Assembly: GCA_017405225.1 (NCBI GenBank)
Contig: JAFRAV010000010.1
Location: 1,862 to 65,861, forward strand
Direction of reading: 5' to 3'
Source of the DNA: Candidatus Saccharimonadota bacterium
GTDB taxonomy: Bacteria > Patescibacteriota > Saccharimonadia > Saccharimonadales > Saccharimonadaceae
DNA: 64,000 bases
The position numbers were made by a program, and so were the translations under genes. Shown one piece after another: positions 1-9,288 of the stretch. Below the pieces are notes generated by a model, which worked only from the letters and a program-made list of their open reading frames with translations, was not told where the DNA came from and made no database searches. Position 1 is the stretch's first letter. Every line of letters begins with the position of its first letter.

Positions 1-69
1 TATTAATCTATTATAACATAAACGGGACTAAAACTAGAATTTTTGCTATAATATTTGTAAGGATTTGCT

Positions 70-405
70 ATGGGAATAAAACTAACTAAAAAACAGACAC
101 AAGTTTATAATTATATCTCTGAGTTTATTAAATTACATGGTATTTCACCATCTTATCGTGACATTTGTGCTGGACTAGGTTTGTCTTCCGTGTCGGCAGT
201 TGCAGAGCATGTGGATAATCTGGTACGAATTGGCGCTCTTCGCAAATCACCCGGAACAGCGCGCTCGCTTGAGGTGGTGGATTTTACTTATCCAGAGACG
301 GTAGCCTTATTTAGAGAAAAAATGGCCACCGCTAGCGAAGAAGAAATAGAAATACTAAGAAAAGCCGCAGAAATAATCGGCTTGGATTTAGCAGAGGAGC
401 AATAA
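70..405 (+). CDS. LexA-type winged-HTH repressor, N-terminal DNA-binding domain only
   Basis: LTKKQTQVYNYISEFIKLHGISPSYRDICAGLGLSSVSAVAEHVDNL matches the LexA DNA-binding domain; only 111 aa, with no S24 peptidase domain. Confidence 0.8.
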   Translation: MGIKLTKKQTQVYNYISEFIKLHGISPSYRDICAGLGLSSVSAVAEHVDNLVRIGALRKSPGTARSLEVVDFTYPETVALFREKMATASEEEIEILRKAAEIIGLDLAEEQ

Positions 406-409
406 TGGT

Positions 410-1582
410 ATGAGGGATTTTGAATATTTGCCAAACGACGCAGTTTATCTGGATGCTGCCTGTCAATCACTTCGTCCACAACCTGTAATTGATGCACTAA
501 ACGATTATTATACTAAATATAATTCGTGTGGAGAACGTGTTAAATATGAATGGGGGGCAACTACAGAGCAGAAAGTAGAACAAACTCGTGAAAAAGTACT
601 AAAATATGTTGGCCTAAGCAAGAGACGCTACTTTGTGTCTTTTACGCTCAATACTACGTATGGAATTAATTTAATCCTCTCACAAATTAACGTAAAAAAA
701 GCTGGAATTAAAGCAATTGTAACTTCTGACATAGAACACAACTCGCCATTTCTATCTACAATGTCTTGCGCAAAGAAAAATAATTTACCACGCGTTGTGC
801 TGACTCGCGGCAAAGATGGCTCACTTCCGTTAGATGAAATTCCAAATAATGCACTTGTAGTAGTGAATGCTGCATCAAATATTGATGGAAGACTACTTGT
901 AAATATTAAAGACGTAATAAAAAAGGTTCATAAAACTGGTGGATATATTATTATAGATGCTGCTCAGGCCATGGCTCATTCAGTAGAGGTTTTGCACGGT
1001 GTAGAGCCAGATGCTATTTGCTTTTCTGCTCACAAAATGTATGCACCATCACTTGGCGGTATAATCATTAATAAAGAGTTTGCCAAGTTAATAGACACTA
1101 CATTTATTGGTGGCGGTATGGTAGATGATGTAAACAAAGATTCTTACCAGCTATCAAAAGACAATCCAGAACACATTTATACACAATTTGAATCTGGCCT
1201 GCAAGCCTGGGGGGAAATAATTGCATTGGGGGCAGCGATTGATTGGCTAAATAATAAATCCAAAAACGAGCGCAAAGAATTAGAAAAACTATACACAGAT
1301 TTGTATGAGTTCCTAAAAACAAAAGAGAAGATTCATGTAATTAACAATGCGCCCGCCTCTACAATTTCTGTTTATGTAGACAAAAAAGAAACTGGTGTAG
1401 ATAGTCATATTCTAGGTGCAGCACTAGCAGACGAAGGAATTATGGTTCGTACCGGGTATTTTTGCGTGCATTATTATCTGGACCATGTTAAACACTACCC
1501 ACCTCTGCTTAGGTTTTCTCTTGGTTACCATAATACTGTTGAGGATATTGAGAAGGTAAAAAAAGCACTGGAGAATTTTTAG
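410..1582 (+). CDS. Class V aminotransferase / SufS-like cysteine desulfurase
   Basis: YLDAACQS, IDAAQ, FSAHK (PLP lysine) and VRTGYFCVH (catalytic Cys region). Confidence 0.85.
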   Translation: MRDFEYLPNDAVYLDAACQSLRPQPVIDALNDYYTKYNSCGERVKYEWGATTEQKVEQTREKVLKYVGLSKRRYFVSFTLNTTYGINLILSQINVKKAGIKAIVTSDIEHNSPFLSTMSCAKKNNLPRVVLTRGKDGSLPLDEIPNNALVVVNAASNIDGRLLVNIKDVIKKVHKTGGYIIIDAAQAMAHSVEVLHGVEPDAICFSAHKMYAPSLGGIIINKEFAKLIDTTFIGGGMVDDVNKDSYQLSKDNPEHIYTQFESGLQAWGEIIALGAAIDWLNNKSKNERKELEKLYTDLYEFLKTKEKIHVINNAPASTISVYVDKKETGVDSHILGAALADEGIMVRTGYFCVHYYLDHVKHYPPLLRFSLGYHNTVEDIEKVKKALENF

Positions 1583-2629
1583 ATGGTTTGTGTGGCTGCG
1601 TTTATTGTATTAGTACTAGTAGGTATATTTGTCGCATTTATTTCTATTTTTAAACGTGACTTTGGTAAAAAATATTGGAAGGTGCTAAAAAAGGCATTTC
1701 ATTGTTTTGGTAAAAAAGTGCGTCTTCAAAAATGCGACACTAATTTTTCTGATGATGTAAAATCTCTGTTGCTTAAAAAAGTAATTCTAAAAAAACCAAA
1801 TTTAGTTAAGCCACTTAGTATTTCTATTGAGGTGGCAAGTGTGCTACTGGTTGTTGTTACAGCATGGTCTATTATAGAGGCGGCCAAAGCTGGGTTATCT
1901 CTATGGGTGTTTGGCACTTGTAATGTATCTCAGCCAAGCAACTGTACATTAGGTGCAGATTCTTGTGGTTTGGATGAGGATAACCTAAATTGGTTTACTG
2001 AGTGGGGTGAGATTTTTGGCAATATTCCAGACAGGCTCAAGAATTGGGATGTAGCAGACTATGTTAGCAATGCAGAAGAAAAAGACAAATTAACCCCAGC
2101 TTTTGTTATTGGTAATGGCAAGGAGAAAGCACTGTCTATCATTGATCCAGGATGCTCAGTTTGTCTAAGCTCATATATGAATCTAAAAAAAAATGCTAAT
2201 TTTTTGAATAGCCACCAAGTATACGTAGTTATTTATCCAATTAAGAATACTAATGGAGAATATAGGTTTAGGAATTCAGATGAAATAGCGCGTTACGTAT
2301 TAGCCATTAACGAGCAGACCGGAACAGATAAATATAGCCGCATGATTATTGATAGAATCTTTACTCAATACAATGCTGATGGTGTCATCTATCAAAACGT
2401 ATTTAATGAGCAGCTTACTGAAAACGAGGCTGGTGCGTTGATAGAAAAATGGCTAGCGGAATGGGGTGTTTCAGAAGAAGATATTTTGGCAATTCATGAG
2501 AGTGAAGCGTCATTGCAGGTTGCTCTAAGAGACACTCAGAATACATTTATTATTGATAACAAAATTAAGCCAAAGGGGATTCCTACTTTTATCTACAATG
2601 GTAAAAAACATTTAGGATTGTTTAAGTAA
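1583..2629 (+). CDS. Membrane-anchored Cys-rich protein with C-terminal thioredoxin/DsbA-like domain
   Basis: Two hydrophobic segments; DPGCSVC CxxC motif; GIPTF cis-Pro-like motif near the C-terminus. Confidence 0.6.
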   Translation: MVCVAAFIVLVLVGIFVAFISIFKRDFGKKYWKVLKKAFHCFGKKVRLQKCDTNFSDDVKSLLLKKVILKKPNLVKPLSISIEVASVLLVVVTAWSIIEAAKAGLSLWVFGTCNVSQPSNCTLGADSCGLDEDNLNWFTEWGEIFGNIPDRLKNWDVADYVSNAEEKDKLTPAFVIGNGKEKALSIIDPGCSVCLSSYMNLKKNANFLNSHQVYVVIYPIKNTNGEYRFRNSDEIARYVLAINEQTGTDKYSRMIIDRIFTQYNADGVIYQNVFNEQLTENEAGALIEKWLAEWGVSEEDILAIHESEASLQVALRDTQNTFIIDNKIKPKGIPTFIYNGKKHLGLFK

Positions 2630-2708
2630 AAGTAGGCATTTGGATTTTTTAACCATAAGTGTTAAAACTCTTGATATTTATGGGGTGATATGCTAAAATA
2701 TAAGTATC

Positions 2709-3299
2709 ATGGCGTATCAAACAAAAACAGCCAGAAAACCAAAAAGTCGCCATCGTTTCTCTAGTCGTGTAGCGGCCATTATTATCGGCGTGCTTGTTGT
2801 AGCGGGAGGAGTTTTTGCGTTTTTGTATTTTGTAAGGCCCTTTGAGCAGAAGGCAGAAGGGAACAATGAGATTATTTCACGCAGCTCTGATGATGTAGGT
2901 AAATCAAGTGGTTCTGCAGAGCCATTAGGCAAAGAGTCAAAATCAAAACAGGAAGAACGTGAATCAGAAAAAGGAACTCTTAATTATGATAGTAGTAGTC
3001 TAGAGGATTTAGAAGAACTGTCTGGAATTATTAATTATGCTGGTATTTCTGAAGGAAAGTTCCTAATAAATGCTACAATTTATCAACAATTTGGCGATGA
3101 TGGGACTTGTGAAATATCACTGGTTGGCCCTACTGGCAGAAAATTAGGTGGCACAGTAGCTACTGAGGCAGGGCCTGCTTCTACATTTTGTAGCTACAGT
3201 ATTCCTAATAGTGGTATAGAATCTGGTAAGTGGCAAATTACAGTATATGTTCAGCATAATGATGAATCCGGGACACTCAAAACGGAGGTAGAACTATAA
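2709..3299 (+). CDS. Hypothetical single-pass membrane protein
   Basis: Basic N-terminus, one TM helix, Ser/Glu-rich linker, small beta-rich C-terminal domain. Confidence 0.7.
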   Translation: MAYQTKTARKPKSRHRFSSRVAAIIIGVLVVAGGVFAFLYFVRPFEQKAEGNNEIISRSSDDVGKSSGSAEPLGKESKSKQEERESEKGTLNYDSSSLEDLEELSGIINYAGISEGKFLINATIYQQFGDDGTCEISLVGPTGRKLGGTVATEAGPASTFCSYSIPNSGIESGKWQITVYVQHNDESGTLKTEVEL

Positions 3300-5902
3300 T
3301 GGCCTCGCGGAGAAATGATACTAGAAGAAAGATATTTTTGCTTTGCTTTTCCTTTTGTTTTGCTGCTGTGATGGGATTTTTAATGCAACTATTTATTGGA
3401 CGCGTAAATGCAATTAACCCCCGCTATAATGGGTTCAATGCTGGGGATATTATATCTGATTATGTGATGGCGGATTATACCTCTATGAGTGAAGGTGATA
3501 TCCAGCAATTTTTGAAGTCTAAAAATCCATGCAACGATACCAATCTATCCAAGGCGGCATACTATTCTTGGCATAATTACCACATAGAAAATGGGCATTA
3601 TGTATGTATGGCAGATGAGAGTTTTGACGGTGAGTCGGCCGCGCACATTATTTGGCAGGCGGCACAGGATTATCACATCAACCCAAAGGTGCTAATTGTA
3701 TTGCTAGAAAAGGAGCAGGGATTGGTGACGGATACTTGGCCAAATTCTGATTTGCAATATCGTTCTGCTACGGGCTATGGTTGTCCAGACCACGGAGATT
3801 GTAATGCTGATTATTATGGGTTTAAAAATCAAATTAGAAATGCAGCAGAATTATACCGTTGGATTTTGGATAACGGCTCTAAGTACTATCCTGTAGGTTA
3901 CAATAATATATTATATAATCCAGATTCTGGTTGTGGATCATCTACTGTATATGTGGCAAACCGCGCAACGGCGGCACTCTATCAATATACTCCATACCAA
4001 CCAAATGGCGCAGTATTAGATGCATCCGTAGGACAAGTGGTAGGTTGCGGAGCTTATGGGAATCTTAATTTTTATTATTACTTTACAGAGTGGTTTGGCG
4101 ATACACATGGAAATGAATTGCATGGGATATATTTGCCGGATGGAGTGTATCAGCTAAAAACAAATGAGGGATTAGCGCTCTCATTCACAGGCCCTAATAA
4201 TGGAGATTCCGCGATTATTTCTGACTCGGATAGTAATAATAAAATGCAACAGTTTGAATTGAATCGTGATGGAAAATACTATCGTGTGCGAAATGTGGGT
4301 ACAGGAAAATATTTGGATGTGTTTAATAACGAATCATATAATGGTACAAAGGTTGAGCTGTGGGATGGAAATGGGGGATGCTCACAAAAATGGCTAGTAT
4401 TAAATAATGATTCATGGTATCGCTTGGTATCCGCATGCTCCAGCGAGGCGGCTACAAAATCACTTGACGTATCTGGAGGAGCAATCGGAACGGCAGGGAC
4501 TGAGATTAAAATATGGGAGTCAAATGGCTCAGAGGCACAACAATGGAATCTTGTGAATTTGTCAGCTGCACCAGTTAATAATGGTGAGTACAGTATAAGA
4601 TCTACTGCTGGAAGAGTGCTCGTTCCAGCATCGGAAACTCCAAGTGGTAATGAGAGAATGATAATCTGGGAGAATTCAACGTCAAGTATCAATAGGTATA
4701 GTATTACACGTCTACCAGAAGGCTATTACTTAGCAAAGAATACCAAAACTGGGTTGTACCTTACAGTGAGAGATGCGTCTATAAGTGATGGCGCCGAAGC
4801 TTTATTATCTGAAGACAATATGAATACTTGCGCTCAAAAGTGGATAATAGAGAAGAATGAAAAAGGATTTAGATTTATTAATTCCTGTTCTGGAAAATCA
4901 CTAGATATTAATGAGGGGAAAGTTGACATTAATGGTAATAAAGTCCAAATATGGAATAGCAATTCTTCGGACGCACAAAGATGGATGCTAAATACTCCTA
5001 CTAAAAATCAACCTGTTGCAGATGGTGATTATGTTATTGAATCTGGACTTGGCAATAGGCTTCGGCTAGACGTGGTTGGAAGTGGGATGATTGGTAATGG
5101 AACCAATGTTGATATTTGGACTAGAAACGGTGGCGATAATCAGAAATTTAAATTGAGATACGATGCCAATACCGGGTATTATTCAATATCAATAAGTAAT
5201 GGATATTATTTAGATGCAGCCAACGGTGGATCTAACGGTGCTAATGTTCAAGTTTATCAAAAAGGAGATGGATGTTTCCAACAGTGGATGGTCATCCCAG
5301 AAGGCGAACAATATTATATTGTGTCTGCTTGTGAAAGAAATGCCCTAGATGTGGTTGGGGCTAATATGTCAAATGGAGCTAATACTGCTTTGTGGGCATT
5401 GAATGGTGGAAATAATCAAAAATGGATAGTTAAGAATGCTACATCTGACTTGAGCGGCTCAATTTCAGATGGAAGTTACGTAATTGCATCCAAAATGAAT
5501 AGCAATTTGGTGATGGACATATTTGGAGGGGCAAAGGATAATGGTGGGAATATTGGTATTTGGGGTGCTAATGGCGGAGAAAACCAAACGTATAAAGTAG
5601 TATATGACGCAAGCGACGGGTATTATACAATCCTCAATGAGTGGTCAGGAAGAAGTATTGATGCTACCGGTGGCAGTGCAGCGAATGGAGTGAACTTGGA
5701 GATTTGGTCGCCTAACTCAAGCTGTGCACAAAAATGGGATATTGTTAAAATGGATGGCAACCAACACTATCGTATAGCATCTGCTTGTAATCCAGAGTAT
5801 TCACTAGATGTCGCTGGAGCAGATAATCATAATGGCGCAAACATTTTGCTCTGGAAAAACCATAATAATGATAACCAACAATGGACTTTTATTAAGAGGT
5901 GA
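3299..5902 (+). CDS. Secreted protein with conserved N-terminal domain and four ricin-B (beta-trefoil) lectin domains
   Basis: Signal/TM segment; repeated QxW/QxF motifs; four modules starting DGVY, NGEY, DGDY, DGSY. Confidence 0.8.
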   Translation: MASRRNDTRRKIFLLCFSFCFAAVMGFLMQLFIGRVNAINPRYNGFNAGDIISDYVMADYTSMSEGDIQQFLKSKNPCNDTNLSKAAYYSWHNYHIENGHYVCMADESFDGESAAHIIWQAAQDYHINPKVLIVLLEKEQGLVTDTWPNSDLQYRSATGYGCPDHGDCNADYYGFKNQIRNAAELYRWILDNGSKYYPVGYNNILYNPDSGCGSSTVYVANRATAALYQYTPYQPNGAVLDASVGQVVGCGAYGNLNFYYYFTEWFGDTHGNELHGIYLPDGVYQLKTNEGLALSFTGPNNGDSAIISDSDSNNKMQQFELNRDGKYYRVRNVGTGKYLDVFNNESYNGTKVELWDGNGGCSQKWLVLNNDSWYRLVSACSSEAATKSLDVSGGAIGTAGTEIKIWESNGSEAQQWNLVNLSAAPVNNGEYSIRSTAGRVLVPASETPSGNERMIIWENSTSSINRYSITRLPEGYYLAKNTKTGLYLTVRDASISDGAEALLSEDNMNTCAQKWIIEKNEKGFRFINSCSGKSLDINEGKVDINGNKVQIWNSNSSDAQRWMLNTPTKNQPVADGDYVIESGLGNRLRLDVVGSGMIGNGTNVDIWTRNGGDNQKFKLRYDANTGYYSISISNGYYLDAANGGSNGANVQVYQKGDGCFQQWMVIPEGEQYYIVSACERNALDVVGANMSNGANTALWALNGGNNQKWIVKNATSDLSGSISDGSYVIASKMNSNLVMDIFGGAKDNGGNIGIWGANGGENQTYKVVYDASDGYYTILNEWSGRSIDATGGSAANGVNLEIWSPNSSCAQKWDIVKMDGNQHYRIASACNPEYSLDVAGADNHNGANILLWKNHNNDNQQWTFIKR

Positions 5903-5908
5903 TGGTAG

Positions 5909-7411
5909 ATGATAGAAAAATTTAAAAACAATTTTTCAAGACTTATCGGATGGACATTTTTTTTGGCCTTTTCAATAGTTACCCTATCTGTACTATTTGC
6001 AGATGGGGGAATATACTCATATAATAAAAATGTGCCAATTTTAAGTTTCTTGATTGGCACATTAGTTGCAGCTGGGCTTTTCCTTATTTATCGTAAATTA
6101 GAAAAGAACAAAAAACAAATATCTAGAAAGAAGGAAATATTCATTGTTTCTGCTGCAATATTGCTATTCTTTGCAATTGGATTATTTACAATAGCAGTTT
6201 TGAGAGTATCTCCATCATGGGATGTAGGCCATATCTATGAGGCGGCACTTAGCTTAGCAAATAATGGAGATTTAGGCGGTGAATATAGCTACGTCTCCAA
6301 TTTTCCTTTCCAGGCTTTTTTAGTAGGAGTATTCGCAATTATTATTAAATGCACATCCTGGTTGATTAATCCAAAATTATCACTTATGTTAGTGAATCTG
6401 TTGTTAATTTTGGGTACAATTATATTTTTCTATCTAATTATTCGCAAAACTTTAGGTGCTAAAAAAGCAATTTTTAGCCTCTCATTGTTCCTTTTATTTT
6501 CACCAATACTACTATACACGGTAATTTTTTACACCGATACGATTTCTATGTTCTTTATAACTGGCAGCGTATATCTAGCTCTACTGTTATTTGAAGAAAA
6601 AATATCCAAAATTAAGCTGGTTATCCTCTCAGTAATATTTGGTCTATTTTGTTTTTGCGGCTATCAAGTTAAGGCAACGTCTATTTTTATTCTTATTGCA
6701 ACGGTAATATTTGCACTTTTAATTAAGAAAAAGATTAATATTAAAAGATTTGCTATTAGTGCGGTGTGCGTAATAACTGTTTTTGTGCCACTGTCTTTAG
6801 TTGTAGCCAGTTACACACATAGAATCACTGATCGCTCATTAGAGGTCCCAAAGACGCATTGGATTATGCAAGGTCTAAAAGGCTACGGGGGATTTAATAT
6901 GGAAGATTATACCGATATTACGTATCCTGGACTGGGCGATAAAGAAGAATTATCCAAAAGGCATATTGAAGAAATCAAAAGTCGCCTGGGTAAATATGGG
7001 CCAATTGGTTATGTTGACTTTTTATCAAAGAAAATCTCATTTACTTGGGGGGATGGGACGTATTTTGTAGGAGATAAATTACGCAGAAATCCTGCACACC
7101 CAGAATCTTTAGTTTATCAGATAGTATCGGCAGATGGGAATTATTTCACTAGCTACAATATCTGGATGAACGGTCTTCAAATCATGCTCCTTATTGGGAT
7201 TACTATTGGAGCTTTCCTAACACGCAAAGACCGCTCGCCTATGTCTTTGCTTAAAATTGCATTAATGGGATTGTTTATGTTTTTGCTAGCCTGGGAGACA
7301 AGGTCTAGGTATCTGATTAATTATTTACCGATTATGCTGATACTATTTATATATAGTCTAGATAAAATTGCGCAATTAAAAATATCTGTGAATAAAAAGC
7401 ATATTAAGTAA
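5909..7411 (+). CDS. Polytopic GT-C-like glycosyltransferase
   Basis: More than 10 TM segments; PSWD motif after the first helices; YTDT; WETRSRY. Confidence 0.6.
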   Translation: MIEKFKNNFSRLIGWTFFLAFSIVTLSVLFADGGIYSYNKNVPILSFLIGTLVAAGLFLIYRKLEKNKKQISRKKEIFIVSAAILLFFAIGLFTIAVLRVSPSWDVGHIYEAALSLANNGDLGGEYSYVSNFPFQAFLVGVFAIIIKCTSWLINPKLSLMLVNLLLILGTIIFFYLIIRKTLGAKKAIFSLSLFLLFSPILLYTVIFYTDTISMFFITGSVYLALLLFEEKISKIKLVILSVIFGLFCFCGYQVKATSIFILIATVIFALLIKKKINIKRFAISAVCVITVFVPLSLVVASYTHRITDRSLEVPKTHWIMQGLKGYGGFNMEDYTDITYPGLGDKEELSKRHIEEIKSRLGKYGPIGYVDFLSKKISFTWGDGTYFVGDKLRRNPAHPESLVYQIVSADGNYFTSYNIWMNGLQIMLLIGITIGAFLTRKDRSPMSLLKIALMGLFMFLLAWETRSRYLINYLPIMLILFIYSLDKIAQLKISVNKKHIK

Positions 7412-8350
7412 CTATTCTCCTACGATTTTTTCTATAATAAAACGTGGGCGTTTTTTGCTTTCCGCGTATATTTTACCGATATACTCACCGACTAGACCTA
7501 GAGAAATCATTTGCAATCCACCAAGAATCCAGATAGAGCAGATGATGAATGTCCAACCACTTACAGTATTGCCGACAAGTTTCATAATTAGAGAATACAA
7601 AGTAATTAACAAACTGATTATAAAAATTATTACACCAAGCCAAAGAATCATGCGGATTGGCTTGATAGAAAATGATGTAATACCATCCCAGGCGAATTTT
7701 ATCATTTTCTTTAGTGGATATTTGCTTTCTCCGGCAAATCTTTCGGCGCGGGGATATTCCACAGTTGTAGACTTAAGTCCAATTAGTGGGACAAGCCCTC
7801 GCAGGAATAGATTGACCTCTTCAAAATTAGATAACTCTTCTACTGCTCGCTTACTCATCAGACGATAATCTGCAGAGTTATAGACTACTTCTGCTCCAAG
7901 TTTGTTCATTAGTTTGTAAAATGCCAAGGCGGTGTTGCGCTTAAACGCGGAATCTTTTTTGCGCTCACTACGAACTCCATAAACTATTTCATAGCCTTTA
8001 TGATATTTTTCTAGCATTTTATCTATTGCATCAATATCATCTTGAAGATCTGCATCCATAGAAATAATTACATCTGCATGGTCTTTGGCGTATGTTAAGC
8101 CGGCAAGAAGTGCATTTTGATGGCCACGATTACGAGACAACTTGATGCCAATGACAGGAGACTTAAAACTCTCTATTTTCTCCCAAGTCTTATCTTTAGA
8201 ACCATCATCAATATAAACAATTCGGCTCTTTTTATCAATAATACCACCTTTGATTAAATTATCTAATTTTTTGGTTAGACGCTTAGTCGTTTCGTCTAAA
8301 CATTCTTCTTCGTTGTAGCATGGAACCACAATGTATAAATTATTTTTCAC
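7412..8350 (-). CDS. GtrB-like polyprenyl-phosphate glycosyltransferase (GT2)
   Basis: VVPCYNEE, DDGSKD, SRNRGHQNAL, MDADLQD, two C-terminal TMs, GEYIGKIY; GTG start with SD. Confidence 0.9.
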   Translation of the reverse strand: MKNNLYIVVPCYNEEECLDETTKRLTKKLDNLIKGGIIDKKSRIVYIDDGSKDKTWEKIESFKSPVIGIKLSRNRGHQNALLAGLTYAKDHADVIISMDADLQDDIDAIDKMLEKYHKGYEIVYGVRSERKKDSAFKRNTALAFYKLMNKLGAEVVYNSADYRLMSKRAVEELSNFEEVNLFLRGLVPLIGLKSTTVEYPRAERFAGESKYPLKKMIKFAWDGITSFSIKPIRMILWLGVIIFIISLLITLYSLIMKLVGNTVSGWTFIICSIWILGGLQMISLGLVGEYIGKIYAESKKRPRFIIEKIVGE

Positions 8351-8361
8351 TTATAATCCTC

Positions 8362-9288
8362 CTACTTTTTCTTAAAAATTGCGTTAATTTTGCGAAGTGG
8401 TTTGGTGATTTTCCAGCTTAAGCTATTCTCCATATCATAGATAATCTTGTCGCGCTGAATGATGCCGTTCTGGAGATTTGTGTTAGAATTTCCAATTCTT
8501 ATCAGATTGCTATAGTTATTAGTACTGCGTCTCTTTGGGGTATATTTCTTTTTTCCAATGGTTATCTCAAAAATATTTTGAAGAGTGTAAATGTCTTTTC
8601 CGCACACTTCTTCCAAAAGGGAATTATCAACTGAACCATCAAACGCAGTGGTTTTTGCAATGATTTTTGGCGCCATTTTTAAGTTGTATAATTCATTCAC
8701 ATTTGCTATGAATTCATAAAATGAGTTCTCGGTCCAAAACCTGAGATGTGTGGTGTCAAGAATCCCCCACATATTATAATTGAATATGCCGTCCACTAAT
8801 CCAGCAATAACATTTGCATGGGCAATGTTAGGAATACTAACAAGCAGCTTACCTCCGCGAGCTAGTTTATTTATTAAAATAGACAGAATATACCCAGGGT
8901 CGGCAAGATGCTCTATTAGGTCTCCACAGATAATACAGTCGTATTTTTCTTTATTTTCTAAAAAGGCTCTAAAATTCTTGTCGTGCTGGTCTCCTAACGC
9001 CATCACAAAAACTTGGTCGTAGGTTTTCTTTGCAATTTTTGCGGCAACTTTATCAATTTCTATGCCGTCAACTGTGCACCTTTGTAGCTCTTTAATTTTG
9101 GTTCCCATGTAGCCTTTGCCACACCCGACATCTAATATTTTCTTTGAGCCAAGTGCGTTGTTGACAAGTATAGAATGCGAATCATTTTTTTCATTTAAAT
9201 CTATAACGTAGCCACCTAACTCATATTTGTTATCTTTCTCAGGTTTAGATAACATATTGTTTTTTGCATTTGCGATTGTGTAGTTCAT
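8362..9288 (-). CDS. Class I SAM-dependent methyltransferase (glycan O-methyltransferase-like)
   Basis: ILDVGCGKG, GIEID, DLIEHL, VSIPN, GILDTTHLRFWT. Confidence 0.85.
   Translation of the reverse strand: MNYTIANAKNNMLSKPEKDNKYELGGYVIDLNEKNDSHSILVNNALGSKKILDVGCGKGYMGTKIKELQRCTVDGIEIDKVAAKIAKKTYDQVFVMALGDQHDKNFRAFLENKEKYDCIICGDLIEHLADPGYILSILINKLARGGKLLVSIPNIAHANVIAGLVDGIFNYNMWGILDTTHLRFWTENSFYEFIANVNELYNLKMAPKIIAKTTAFDGSVDNSLLEEVCGKDIYTLQNIFEITIGKKKYTPKRRSTNNYSNLIRIGNSNTNLQNGIIQRDKIIYDMENSLSWKITKPLRKINAIFKKK

Noticed and set aside
22-33. 12-mer ACGGGACTAAAA also found inside the cassette near 50421
   Set aside because: A single short match with no flanking similarity; compatible with chance in 64 kb of AT-rich DNA.
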